From the NCBI GenBank assembly GCA_002269645.1, contig NIVC01003513.1:30174-94173 (forward strand): 64,000 nt of DNA, read 5' to 3'. The notes beneath the pieces were generated by a model, which saw nothing but the letters and a program-made list of their open reading frames with translations, was not told the origin of the DNA and did no database searches. This document shows, one piece after another, positions 63,600 through 64,000 of this stretch (its first letter is position 1; each line of letters begins with the position of its first letter). The position numbers and the translations under genes are program-made. The DNA comes from Macrostomum lignano. Lineage: Eukaryota.

Positions 63600-64000
63600 T
63601 GCTCCTAAAAGGTTTGATGCTTAGGCAACAACGGTGCTGAGACGAAATTCTTTGACGCGAATGTAGTGGCGGATGTTAGGACGGCGATGCTATGAACACG
63701 ATGCTTAGGACGGCTCTTAGTAACAGCGGATGTTTAGGACGCGATTCTTAGTTGAACAGCGGATGCTTGGACGCGATTCTTAGTGAACAGCGGATGTTTA
63801 GGACGGCGATTCTTAGTGAACAGCGGATGCTTAGGACGCGATTCTTAGTGAACAGCGGATGTTTAGGACGGCGATTCTTAGTGAACAGCGGATGCTTAGG
63901 ACGGCGATGTCTCTATAGTGAACAGCGGCATTTTAGACGGATTCTTAGGAACACGGATGCTTAGACGCGATGCTTAGTGAACAGCGGATGTTAGGACGGC
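63600..64000. repeat. Noisy about 32-bp tandem repeat TTAGTGAACAGCGGATG(T/C)TTAGGACGCGATTC
   Basis: About 12 indel-rich copies running off the window end. Confidence 0.9.

Overview
Eukaryotic (metazoan) genomic DNA, not prokaryotic. GC-rich, homopolymer-codon-rich genes, short introns and dense minisatellites suggest a free-living flatworm such as Macrostomum; this is inference from style, not proven. Five protein-coding genes can be reconstructed by hand. (1) A two-exon FoxD forkhead gene (-, 10065..8686). (2) A two-exon, divergent SRF MADS-box gene (-, 27768..25704). (3) A seven-exon secreted protein with two nearly identical, extremely Arg-rich hemicentin/VWA7-type vWA domains and two GC-AG introns (+, 38162..40415). 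(4) A single-ORF, divergent TRF2/TLF (TBP-like) gene (-, 43379..42207). (5) The first two coding exons of an ELAV/Hu gene (+, from 56744); its second exon is riddled with single-base indels. About a dozen unrelated tandem arrays (11-47 bp units) fill roughly 40% of the first 26 kb. Mobile DNA includes two copies of a tRNA-derived SINE, a complete young 1.55 kb non-autonomous LTR element (TG..CA ends, ATAT TSD, tRNA-Glu-like PBS, PPT), a nested inverted-repeat element and three LINE fragments. The most novel-looking item is the ultra-cationic tandem-vWA secreted protein.
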